In this document: positions 1-11,123 of the stretch, piece by piece | Numbering within the stretch: position 1 is the first letter of the stretch | Layout: each line of letters begins with the position of its first letter | DNA from: Klebsormidium nitens | Lineage: Eukaryota > Plantae > Klebsormidiophyceae | Reading direction: 5' to 3' | Length of the DNA: 64,000 nt | Assembly (NCBI GenBank): GCA_000708835.1 | Contig: DF237363.1 | Coordinates: 18,631-82,630, forward strand | The notes under the pieces: model-generated | What the model saw: only the letters and a program-made list of their open reading frames with translations | What the model was told of the DNA's origin: nothing | Database searches by the model: none | Position numbers and translations under genes: made by a program

Positions 1-3000
1 AAGGACGTCGTGCTCTACCAGGAGGCGCCTCCGGGGCCTATCAACGGTCCCCGTGTCGTCTGCTGCATCAACTCTATCCACCGCGTGCAATTCAAGATGG
101 ACGTCGTGGGGATGGACGAGATGGACATGGTGCTCACGAACCTCAACTCCGAGGTCATGACCCAACGGGGCAGGGTGCTGTCCTGCCTCGAGGCGTTCGT
201 GGCGGGCGCGAAGGTTGTCATTGGCATGGACGCCAACATCGATTGCGCGCGGGTCATGGAATACCTCTTCATGGCACGCCCGGATGCGGCTCTCCACACC
301 ATTCGAAATAGAGGCTTGTATCCAGCGGCGAGGCGTGCGACCATCCGGGTCTTCTCGCAAGCGAGCGAGTCGCTCGAATGTATCGGCACCGCCGTGCAGG
401 ATGTGTTGGACCGTGTCGCCCGAGGCACGAAAGTTGTTGTGAGTTGTCTCTGAGTTTTTTGGGAACTAATCAGCCGCTCTCGCTGTTAACAGCGGAACGA
501 GCTGGCCTATGATCTCGAAAGGGCATATCTTCGTGCTGCTCCCAAGTTTGTTGCACGAGGTTGAGTAGGCATTCAAGCTGCTTGGAGTGTGGTCACGCTG
601 AAATGGGCTTGTGGGTCTGTACTTGGGGCTGTGGTCAGACTGATTTGCGGCTGCAATCAGCCTTGATTTTCACCATTGTGGTAGGCCTGGGTTTGGAGGC
701 TGGGTTTCGAGCTGCAATCAGGCTATTCGGGGATGCATATGCGATCGATTGGGCCCACGAACAGGCTCTTTCCAGGCTGCTGTTGAAGAGTTGTGGGCCC
801 AACTTCTTTGAGCTGCCTCCAAAGGCTGTGGTCAAGACCATTCTCAGATTGCGGCCGGACTATTGGGGTCCGCTTATTCGGGGCTTGGTTTGCGATGAGT
901 CTTTGTTAGACAAATGCACATCCCCTTTTTGTCCAAGCCAACAACTTGCTCCGCCCTCCTTATGCAGTGCCCTTCGACCTCCAAGCGCTTCGTGAAACAC
1001 CTTGAACATCATTTCAACGTCGAGTTCCCGCCCGCCGAGCCCCAAAAGCGCGGCATCTTTCTTCATGCCGACAAGAGGTCGAAGGCCGATGAGGACTTCT
1101 TCCAGAAGGCAATGGCCGAGCCAGACACCTTCTTGGAGGCGGACTGCGTGGCCTTCTCTCCAAAACTCGGCCCCGGCGTTTCAAAAGAGAAGCCGTACGC
1201 CGAGGAGACGGTCGCTTTCGCTCTTAACAGCCTCAACGGGCCTGATGTTGAGACGCTTCTCCAGCAGCACGCTCGCTTCCGGACGGTCACCAACTCCACC
1301 ATCGACTACAAGCAGGTGGTCTCGTCAGCAGTGGATCTGCCGCGCTCTACCGAGGCGGTCTTCCAGGCGATCGAGCGGGACGACAGACAGATTGTCAAGA
1401 TGCTCGGCGACGCCTCAGGCTTCCATTTCCTGAGGGGCTCGCGTGGCATCTGTGACCGATCCTCAGCGAGCTGCGTCTTGTACGCAAACAACATCCTCGC
1501 AAAGGTGGAAAGCTATCTGGAGTTCGTGCCGAAGCTGAAGGCCGACCTAGAGAAGCAGGGCTACGAGGTGACGGTTGAGCACATCGAACCAAGGGTGAGA
1601 TTGCCGAACGTTCGAAGCAGCTTCAGCTTCCTTGTGTTGCAAACTCATTCGGTTTTGAAGTGCTTAGTCGAGATCAAGAGGTTGAGTCGATTCGCACTAG
1701 GGCGACTGTATAGAACCGGAGATGCAATTGACAGCCTCTGTCCAAGGGCTTTCTGGGCACCGGAACGACAAGAGGAAAGGGGTCGAGTCAATTTGCACTG
1801 GCGTCAAGAATTGACTAGGCTGCTTCAGTTCATTGGAAAAAAGCTTGCAAGGCAGGGGCCACCGGATAATCAAAGCTTCCAGAAGGTGACTGGACGTTTC
1901 AGACATGTTATTTTGTTATGTGATCCATTGTCATATACCTTTCAGAGATCAAGATTTCAAGACAAGTTATGGCTCGATTTGAGAGTAAGGAGACATGCAT
2001 ACCAATCCTTTGAGGCTATATCGCGTTTGCGTCTGCAAGAGAATCAAACTCTCACCCTTTTACTTTCCAGGGCAACCTTGGGCGTCCACCTCCAGAGGTG
2101 CCTCTCGGCTTTGATCCGGACCCAGAGCTTCTGAATGACGAAGACTGGCGCGCCAGATACATCATCAACGTGGACCAGTACGAGCGTTTGTGCGAGAGGC
2201 CGGAGGAGTTGAGTCAGAGGGAGCAGCTCCAGGAGTATCTGCTCGAGATGGTTACAAATGAGTACAAGGTCGACCCTAGGCGGGTTGATCACAGCTTCTA
2301 CCTTCGCTCCTGCGCTGATACGGACGAAGCAGAGAAGACGAAAGAGGCTCACGCAAACTACCTTAGGTGAGCTTCTCAAGCGGCCGCGCGTTGCCGCTCG
2401 AGCAAATGTCAAAACTCTTCTGCACCCTTCACTTCGGCTAAATGTGGACGTTTGGGTTTGAAGAGTGTAGCACATGTCTGAAGCCAGAGCGTCTTTCTGT
2501 GCCCTCACTGCAATGAGTCGAATCTTTCTATTTGCTGCCCCCTAACGATGATTGCGCTATGCAGATTTCGTGAGCACCGCTTCGCCACCCTCGCCGGCGA
2601 TCTGGACAGAGCGCTGGGCCAAGTCAACGAGTTCGGCGTGGTCCAGGAGTACGTCAAGGTCGTCCGCGACCCCCTCAACCGCGTGCCGTTTGCGGCCCGC
2701 ATCCTTGCCTTCCTAGTCGGTTGCGAAGAGGAGCAGCTAGACCATGGAGCGGAGCTGTGGGAGGTCTCGGAGGAAAGCGTGCAGGCCGCCTATGCGAGGT
2801 TCATCGGATTCAGCAAAGAGCAGCTGAAGACCATCTTCAACCTGTACGGCTTTGTGCAGCAGATCTCCAGGCGCTCCTCAAAAACGGCCGAAACAGGGAA
2901 CAATGAGAGAAAGGCTCAAAAGCGTAATGCAGTGGGGAAAGTTCTTAGAGCGGGCCTCGGAGTTGAGCTCCAGCTGGCAAAAAAGAGCAACAACAAATTC

Positions 3001-3108
3001 ATCTCTCCCCACCTCTTGACGCCTGCAATCTATAGGGGCTTGCATGAGCGATACGGTTCATACGATCCAGGAGTAGGGGCTGCAGAGGAGTGCATAATTA
3101 GGTTGTAA
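1..3108 (+). CDS. Origin-of-replication-binding protein (herpes UL9-like / NCLDV OBP SF2 helicase), spliced, 5' part outside window
   Basis: Exons ..438, 968-1594, 2071-2366, 2565-3108 join in frame through GT-AG introns (gtgagt/tatgcag; gtgaga/tttccag; gtgagc/cctaac..tatgcag). Motifs: CCINSIHRV, MDEMDMVL (motif II), MDANID (motif III), GTKVV|CPSTSK (IV), FSPKLGPGVS..DVETLLQQHARFR (V/VI). Family assignment from recalled motif similarity, no search run. Confidence 0.72.
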
Positions 3109-3308
3109 AGGTGGTGATTTTTGGAGAGAAGCTGCATAGATCCAGACACTTTCATTATGTATTTTAGGAGTGTACATATGATTCAATTGTCAGTCTCTTG
3201 TAGACCTTGGTAGTGTCTGGATTACGCACCGGTTGCTTTTTTTTCCATCTAACCGCGTTGCTTGCCGTGTCCGCAAATAGTTCTTTGCCTCTTTAAAGCA
3301 TGCCCTCT

Positions 3309-5640
3309 TTGTGGCATGTTGTAATCGCTTGCACGAGTCAATATGCACGGGCTTTCAAGCTTTAATGTATAGTCAATGGGTGCAATTTGACTGCCGACCA
3401 TGCCCCCGAGTCACTCGTTCTGGCATGTTGTAGTGAAAAGCTCACGTGAGTCAATATGCACGCTTTTGGAGGTTTGATGTATAGTCGATTGGTGCAACTT
3501 GACTGCTGACCATACCCGAGACTTTTTGGCATGTAGGAATCGAGTAGAATTGCGCGGGCTTTGAAGCGAGTCTACTATATAGTCGATGGGTGCAAATTGA
3601 CTGCCGACCATGCCCGAGACTGTCTGGCATATTCTGGCAACGTAGTGGATAGCTCACGCGAGTCAATATGCACGCTTTTGGATGACTGATGTATAGTCAA
3701 TTGGTGCAAATTGACTGCCGACCATGCCTGGGACCTTTCCTGGCACGTTGTAGTTAACAGCAGAAACAAGTTAAAATGCATGGGCTTTCAAGCTCTGATG
3801 CATAGTCAATTGGTGCAAATTGACGGGCAACCATGTCCGGGACCTTTCCTGGCACGTTGTAGTTGATAGCAGAAGCGAGTAGAAATGCACGGGTTTTGAA
3901 GCTCTGATGTATAGTCAAAGGGTGCAAATTGCCTGACGACCATGGCCGAGACTTTCTGGCATGTTGTAGTAGATATAGCTCACGCAAGTCAATATGCACG
4001 CTTTTAGAGGTCTGATGTATAGTCAATGGATGCAGATTGACTGACGACCATGGCCGAGACTTTCTGGCATGTTGTAGTAGATATAGCTCACGCAAGTCAA
4101 TATGCACGCTTTCAGAGGTCTGATGTATAGTCAATTGGTGCATATTGATTGCCGACCATACCCGAGACTGTCTGGGCATGTTGTAGTTGATAGTCTATGC
4201 GGGTCAATACATGCACGCTTTGGAGGCCNNNNNNNNNNNNNNNNNNNNNNNNNNNNNNNNNNNNNNNNNNNNNNNNNNNNNNNNNNNNNNNNNNNNNNNN
4301 NNNNNNNNNNNNNNNNNNNNNNNNNNNNNNNNNNNNNNNNNNNNNNNNNNNNNNNNNNNNNNNNNNNNNNNNNNNNNNNNNNNNNNNNNNNNNNNNNNNN
4401 NNNNNNNNNNNNNNNNNNNNNNNNNNNNNNNNNNNNNNNNNNNNNNNNNNNNNNNNNNNNNNNNNNNNNNNNNNNNNNNNNNNNNNNNNNNNNNNNNNNN
4501 NNNNNNNNNNNNNNNNNNNNNNNNNNNNNNNNNNNNNNNNNNNNNNNNNNNNNNNNNNNNNNNNNNNNNNNNNNNNNNNNNNNNNNNNNNNNNNNNNNNN
4601 NNNNNNNNNNNNNNNNNNNNNNNNNNNNNNNNNNNNNNNNNNNNNNNNNNNNNNNNNNNNNNNNNNNNNNNNNNNNNNNNNNNNNNNNNNNNNNNNNNNN
4701 NNNNNNNNNNNNNNNNNNNNNNNNNNNNNNNNNNNNNNNNNNNNNNNNNNNNNNNNNNNNNNNNNNNNNNNNNNNNNNNNNNNNNTAAACGTGCACGGGC
4801 TTTGAAGCTTTAATGTATAGTCAATGGGTGCAGATTGACTGACGACCATGGCCGAGACTTTCTGGCATGTTGTAGTAGATATAACTCATGCAAGTCAATA
4901 TGCACGCTTTCAAGGGTCTGGTGTATAGTCAATTGGTGCAAATAGACTGCCGACCATACCTGAGACTTTCTGAACATGTTGTAGTTGATAGATCATGCGA
5001 GTCAATACATGCACGCTTTGGAGGTCGATTTGATGTATAGTCAATTAGTGCAAATAGACCGCCGACCATGCCCGAGATTTTGAAGCGTTGTACTTGATAG
5101 CAGGGACGAGTGAAAATGCACGTGGCTTGATCTAATGTATAGTCGATTGGTGCAAATTGACTGCCAACCATGCCCGAGACTTTCTGGCACGTTGTATATA
5201 CTAGCAAAGACGAGTAAACGTGCACGGACTTTGAAGCTTTAATGTATAGTCAATGGGTGCAAATTGACTGTCAACCATGCCCAAGACTTTTTGGCATGTT
5301 CAATGTAGTGGATAGCTCATGCGAGCCAATATGCATGCTTTTGGAGGTCTGATGTATAGCCCACTGGTGCAAATTGACTGCCGACCATGCCCGAGATTTG
5401 TTGGCACGTTGGAGTTAATAGCAGAGACGAGTCAAAATGCACGGGCTTCAAAGCTTAGATGTATGGTCAATGGGTGCAGATTGACTGCTGACCATGCCAA
5501 AGACTTTCCAACTGGGCACGTTGTGATTGATAGCAGACATGATGGCAAAACGCACGGACTTCGAAACTATAATGTATAGTCAATGGGTGCAGATTGGCTG
5601 TCGACCATTGCCATAACGGAGACTTTCTGGCGCGTTGTGA
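3309..5640. repeat. Tandem satellite, ~108-112 bp unit, at least 16 visible copies, two subtypes
   Basis: Recurring core ATGTATAGTCAATTGGTGCAAATTGACTGCCGACCATGCCCGAGACTTTCTGGCATGTTGTAG about every 110 bp: 8 copies before and 8 after the N gap. Confidence 0.95.
4229..4785. other. Assembly gap (N run) inside the satellite
   Basis: Continuous Ns; the ORF-track entries spanning it are artefacts. Confidence 0.99.
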
Positions 5641-5719
5641 TTGATAGCAAAAAATTGGCATTTCGTCTAAGCAATCAGCAAATTTTTGCTCGGACATAAT
5701 AAGTTGGTTGAATTTGCGA

Positions 5720-6232
5720 ATGGACACAATCATCCGTTATCCACCAAAAGACCGAGTTGCCATTAATGACATGGACGAAAAGGTCTACAAGTCAGTGAGG
5801 TCTGCTATCACGCGGTGCTATATTGAGTTTGGTTGTATGCACACTTACCTTGATATCGGATCCTTGGCCGGCTTGCGAGCCTTGACTCACCCCTATAACC
5901 TCTCCCATATCACCCGGAAAGTTGTGAGATCCTTAATTGCAGAAGGATTTCACGCTTTTTGGGACAAGTCTCACCTACACAGCAGCTCAACGTACACAAT
6001 CTTTGTCGATTGGAGACGTGCATTGAAGTACGCCCAGAATGGGGAAAAGGCGGCCCGCCACCGGTCTCAAAACGTATGCGTAGATAACTCTGAGCGGAGA
6101 AGGGGCCTTTCAAGCCGTCTTGAGAACGTGGCAGCCGGCAGAAGCACCGATGACTCGGAGACAGAGAATGTCGAAGTGCCCTTCTTGGAAATGCTCGCGA
6201 ATCCATCGAAGCGGCCGTCTTCACCGGAATAA
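5720..6232 (+). CDS. Hypothetical intronless protein of the virus-like cassette (~170 aa)
   Basis: ATG at 5720 (MDTIIRYPPKDRV...), open to 6232, protein-like composition; no family recognised. Confidence 0.5.
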   Translation: MDTIIRYPPKDRVAINDMDEKVYKSVRSAITRCYIEFGCMHTYLDIGSLAGLRALTHPYNLSHITRKVVRSLIAEGFHAFWDKSHLHSSSTYTIFVDWRRALKYAQNGEKAARHRSQNVCVDNSERRRGLSSRLENVAAGRSTDDSETENVEVPFLEMLANPSKRPSSPE

Positions 6233-6523
6233 CTAGAGAATGTGCACTTTTAAAGAAATGGATGGCCGTGATAGGCTTGATAAAGAAAAGATGTACAGCC
6301 ATATTCACGTTTTCTAGCTTAGTCACATTTGCCTGCAAATGTGATGTTTGATAACTTTTTGAACATGGGTGCTACAACCTTTTCTGGACTGGAAAACATG
6401 CAAGAGCATTCAAGGAACTCAGAAAGTGCAGAAAATTCCGAACAGCCATATTCACTTATCTGAGGGCCTGATCTCGTTTGGTGGTCAGATATATTTTCCA
6501 AGATTATGTGAGATAAAGAGGTC

Positions 6524-7582
6524 ATGGATCGAAAAGGGAACGAACGTTCTGTAACCGTTCCAAGGACGCTCGAGTTGCTTGAAGCGGTTTTTGACGACGG
6601 CTCTAGAAAAGCAATAACGGTGAAGCAGTACGTAGCACATGTTAGCCGTCTCTACAAGGGAATGTTTGGCCCAGAGGCGGAAATCTCTAATTTTGATTGG
6701 CTTAGAGATGCAACAAAAGTGATTAATTACTTTGCCAACACGTATCCAGACAAGCTATCGATGCAAGCAACGGGCCTGACCCCGCTCCTCATTGTTGTGA
6801 AGAAGGAGTTTCCAAAAGACAACGAGCTATATCAAGCGCTCTATAGAAGGTACCAAGAGGTTCGAGAACTGATGGACAAAGCACGTCCTCCGCCTCAAGT
6901 GATGACCGAATCCGAGTTCCGAAATTGGAAGACAGTCTCGCAGATCAATGAGCGTCGCGTGGAGCTGCAGAGGAAGGTTAACCGCAACATTTTAACCAAG
7001 TCTCCCGGACAATTAACAACGGGAGACAAGGTAATCTTGATTCGCTATTTGGTGCTTTGTTTGTACAGTCAGAGCCCCACGTTGCGAAATGATTACTCCA
7101 ACCTGCCAATCATACGTTTTGAGGAAATGCACGCGCCTTCGGCAAAAGCCCTGATGAGCGGGGGCGGCAACTATCTTCTGGAGCATTCAAAGGGCCAATA
7201 TAGGATCGTCTTGAAAGAATACAAGACTTCAAAAGCCTACGGAGAGCAGAAGATCGACCTCCCATTGCGCACATGCAATGTGATTGCGGAGAGTCTACAG
7301 ATCTTTCCCAGAAAGTACCTTCTGAGCCGGATGCGCACACCGGATGAACCAATGAGCCGCAATTACCTTACAAAGTTCTGCTCCCAAATTTTTGAAGATG
7401 CGAGGGTGGGCACATGTCTTCTCAGGAAAATCTGCGTCTCGACTGCAATGAAAGATGCACCCAGCATTGTTGATCGGGAGGAGCTTGCAAAGAAGATGCT
7501 CCACTCGAGCACCATGCAGATGTACACCTATGAGAAAAAGTACAATCCAGACGGGTCGAGGATCCAATTTGCTGATGCTTAA
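6524..7582 (+). CDS. Tyrosine recombinase/integrase (Polinton-like virus / virophage / NCLDV type)
   Basis: Intact 352-aa ORF with catalytic residues in order: PTLRNDY (R), EYKTSKAYG (K), TCLLRK (H-x-x-R position), MLHS (H/W), YTYEK (Y). Confidence 0.82.
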   Translation: MDRKGNERSVTVPRTLELLEAVFDDGSRKAITVKQYVAHVSRLYKGMFGPEAEISNFDWLRDATKVINYFANTYPDKLSMQATGLTPLLIVVKKEFPKDNELYQALYRRYQEVRELMDKARPPPQVMTESEFRNWKTVSQINERRVELQRKVNRNILTKSPGQLTTGDKVILIRYLVLCLYSQSPTLRNDYSNLPIIRFEEMHAPSAKALMSGGGNYLLEHSKGQYRIVLKEYKTSKAYGEQKIDLPLRTCNVIAESLQIFPRKYLLSRMRTPDEPMSRNYLTKFCSQIFEDARVGTCLLRKICVSTAMKDAPSIVDREELAKKMLHSSTMQMYTYEKKYNPDGSRIQFADA

Positions 7583-7633
7583 GCCTCGATGTACCTTTCG
7601 CAAGTTGAGCATAGTTGCGGCGTATGAGGAGAT

Positions 7634-7969
7634 TCAGCAGGCCTCACCGACCATATACGACGAGATCTCTCCCGAAACGTGATCATCGGCAACGGATGGC
7701 AAGATTGCGGCTGGCGGTATTAAATATCCTGCCTTTTTCAGCCTCTCGAGAGTCTGATTGTGAAACTTCTTGGTATGGCCTGCAATATAACGCGCATACG
7801 CTCTTTGCATCAGAATCCTTTCTTGATTGCGGCCATAATAGGCCCTCACGTGCGCTTTGTGCCTCTCTGGATGCATTTGCTGGTGACGTCTATGGTTTGT
7901 GCAAGCGCGGCATGGACATGGTCGGGTGTAGTCCTCAAAGCTACCAGCATCTTCAAAGGCCATGGACAT
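7634..7969 (-). CDS. Small hypothetical protein (~111 aa) divergent from the primase gene
   Basis: MSMAFEDAGSF... with CPCRAC and an RAYYGRNQERI basic helix reminiscent of small viral DNA-binding proteins; starts ~100 bp from the primase ATG. Confidence 0.5.
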   Translation of the reverse strand: MSMAFEDAGSFEDYTRPCPCRACTNHRRHQQMHPERHKAHVRAYYGRNQERILMQRAYARYIAGHTKKFHNQTLERLKKAGYLIPPAAILPSVADDHVSGEISSYMVGEAC

Positions 7970-8070
7970 TGTCCCTATGTTATTGCTAGGAAAAAAAGCT
8001 CGCCGTTCAACCGCAGAAAACAACAAGGTGCGTTCGGATCCATTGGTTTTTTTCTGATGATCATGACAGA

Positions 8071-10837
8071 ATGGCTGCACCAGGCCACCAGCACGCTATT
8101 GTCGATCCCAAGGCCTCGATCAAAAGTATTAGAGATGAGATCCAACGGCTTTGCGACAGAGGGCTATATGCAATTCCCGTACACCTCAGCTGGGATGCAA
8201 AGCAGGCCAGGAAGATTGCAGTGTTTCCCCCTACATACAAACATATCACGACCCCAGAGCTGTGGGGGGATTCTATCAATGACGCACTGAAGCAGATAAG
8301 GCAAGACGCCAATGCGATAGGAATCCTCTGTGGCCCCAGTGGTATCTTTGCAATCGATGTAGATGTGGCCAGTACAAAACAAAAACGAGCGGGAATGGAG
8401 CTCTGGCGCAAGCTTGTCGAGAAGCACGGTGATCCTCAGACTCTCAAAGCAAAGACGGGCTCGGGTGGACTTCATCTGTATTTTAGGGCAGACTCGCCGG
8501 GTCTAACGCAAACCAAAAATTTTGCAACAATCTTGGTGGATAGCATCGTATATGCACTGGATGGCCGAGGTGTTGGAGGTTGCGTCTTTGTTCCACCTTC
8601 AAGCTACATTGATGGCCAGGGCAGGCTTGCAGAATATGAGTGGATCAATGGGCCCCCAAGCTATGAAGCCTGTCAAAACATGCCCGAGTGGTTGGTGCAA
8701 TTGACAAATAATCATGATAGTGACAACCCAGTGACGGACGTGGAGGACAAAATACAGGTGAATTGGGGTTTAGAAGACAGCGCATTAAACTGCAAACAAA
8801 GTGTTTCGTCGATTAAGACCACACCAATTCAAGCAAGACCGTCCCCAGACCTGCGCAACGCAGTTGCATTGCCGAGATTAAAGCATACAATCCAGGAGAT
8901 TGAGAGGCTCTTGCGTGATCAAATGCCAAATGATATGAGCATCTTCAACGGTGTGGGAGAAAAAACTTCAAATGGGTGGCAGATTCTCAAGTTTAAAACC
9001 AACGGTGTGCGCACTTGCTTGAATGGCCACCAACACGTCTCAAATCAGTTCAGCATTCTGAGCAACGGGGGCATACTCGTATATCGTTGTTTGAGTGCCG
9101 AATGCATTGACAAGCCCAAGCGATTGTTGAGCATCTATTTTTGGCCTGAGTGCCTTCCTCTTAGAGCCGAAGGGGGGCTCTTTATAGCTTGCGAACGCTA
9201 CGTGCTCTCTTTTGAGCCATCCACAGGCAATGGCAACGAAATAGAAAACAAAAAAAAAGATGGCACTGAACGGTCAAAGAAAGCCAAATTGGATCTGCAA
9301 GATCTTGTATTGCGCATCATGAACCACTAATTTGCCGTCGTCCGCTCAACAAAGGCTGTCTATCTCGAGACAATCTACTCAAAGGATGCCAACGGTTGGC
9401 TTCAGCCTGAGGAGACCATTGACCGGTCCGGCCGCGACTTCCTAGAGGTATGCAGGAACTTCCAGCTCCAAAGCCTGCCGGGAAAGAGCAAGGAGATTGC
9501 CAAATTTTGGGAGAGCAGCTCTAAACGGCGGGAGTATGATCAGATTGTGTTTGAACCGGACACATCAAAGGTGTCTTTGCGGCAATTCAACATGTTCTGC
9601 GGATTAAACTTCCAACCAGTCGACCGCAAACTTTCAACACCGGAGCTTCTACAATGCAAGGAACGGATGCCGAAGCTCTTATGGCACATCCGCCACATTT
9701 TATGTGATGGCTCGGATGAGCGGTTTGACTACAATATTCGGTGGATTGCGCATTGCGTTCAGAGGCCTTGGAGAAAGATTCAAGTGGCCCTTGTCTTTCG
9801 CGGACCCCAAGGGTGCGGCAAGTCAATATTGTTTGACTTCCTTGGAACCATGATCATTGGCATAAAAAACTACTTGTATTGCAATGAGATTGAAAAGATC
9901 ATTGGCAAGTTTAATTCTTTGGGTGCCAACAAGCTTCTCATTGTCTTTGACGAGGCGGGAAACTGGGGAGGAGCGTACAGAATGAATGATCGGATGAAGT
10001 CTCTAATAACGCAAGAAACGACGTGCTTGGAGCGAAAAGGAAGAGACCCGATCACCGTGCAAGATAAGAGCAATATCGTGTTCACGACAAATAATGCATG
10101 GCCGGTGAAACGAGAGGCTGATGATCGACGGTACTCTTGCCAAGAATGCTCCGGTACCAAGGTGGGAGACAAACGGTACTTTGATGAGCTTTTGGAAGAG
10201 TTGCGGAATCCAGACATTGCTTTCAATTTCCACCAATACCTATCGTCTCTTGACCTCTCTAAGTGGGATCCTCGAAGAATTCCACTTACGGCGTGGGGAG
10301 AGGGTCTCAAGGATCACTCAATTCCATCACATGTGATGATGATGCAAGCGCTGCTTGAGAATGGATGCTTTCATCCTTCTTTGGAGACGTGGGTAGCATC
10401 AAACGACATTAAGCGGACGTATGATAAAGTTTTGCTGCAGATGGACATCAAAGAAGATCGCCAAACGAACCTAAACTTACGTCTTGGTGAGCTCTCTAAG
10501 CGCCATTTTCAAGATGCGGCCGCAAGCGCGCAGCATTCAACATATACGAACGCACAAGGGCTGGTACTTCCCTCCACAAGACGCCATATGCGAGGCACTT
10601 CATGTTGGAAAGTTGCGAAGTACAACCGTGGAGTGGCTCGGCATATGGGAGCGGGTTGAGTACATCGAGGACGAGCAAGGGCCATGGATTGCGGAAAGAA
10701 GGGATGACAATAAAGAGGTGCAATTGTCTGAAAAGGACCGCGTGTGCACGCATTGCTCAGACAGTCATGTGTGTGAGGGATGGAAGGAGCTCCGAGATGA
10801 GAAATTGTTGCGTTTCAAAACCCAATGGGTGTCATAG
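8071..10837 (+). pseudogene. Bifunctional primase-polymerase (Prim-Pol) + Zn finger + D5-like SF3 helicase, disrupted
   Basis: Prim-Pol motifs AIDVD, KTGSGGLHLYF, DGRGVGGCVFVPPS; Zn finger CLNGHQHVSN..YRCLSAEC; Walker A GPQGCGKS, Walker B IVFDEA, motif C FTTNN. An in-frame TAA at 9328-9330 is followed by an open frame into the 9547 ORF; a frameshift near 10485 moves the C-terminus (KGWYFPP) into the 10484-10837 frame. Confidence 0.88.
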
Positions 10838-10870
10838 AGGTTCCACATGGCTTGTTACCTTTTCATTACC

Positions 10871-10893
10871 CACACACACACACACATACACAC
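10871..10893. repeat. (CA)n microsatellite
   Basis: cacacacacacacacatacacac. Confidence 0.85.
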
Positions 10894-11123
10894 ATGACTA
10901 TACCCATGAACAAACCCGCAAGACACATAGTCTATTACCCTATTACCGTATTACCTATGGTATCTTGCAATACCACTTTCTTGCGAGAGCACCACATGAC
11001 AAAAAAACATATGAAACATGTAAGATTTGAATGAGTGGGTAATAAGGTAACGCGTAATACAGAGTTTTTATCTGGGGCCAACTCCCCTTTGAGTGGGAAC
11101 CAAAAGCACGGCGAATGTTTCAA

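Larger units (their letters stand above)
5650..11051 (+). mobile_element. Endogenous virus/plasmid-like integrative element (tyrosine recombinase + Prim-Pol/SF3 helicase); boundaries approximate
   Basis: Compact, intronless, closely packed ORFs unlike the surrounding spliced genes; integrase and replication module. No capsid, packaging ATPase or protease gene recognised. Confidence 0.7.

Noticed and set aside
4102-4849. Long ORF-track entries of 200+ aa
   Set aside because: They consist of X residues from the N gap.
3309-5640. Possible CRISPR-like array (regular spacing, hairpin core)
   Set aside because: Intervening sequence falls into two homologous subtypes rather than unique spacers; unit is ~110 bp; no cas genes; eukaryotic context.
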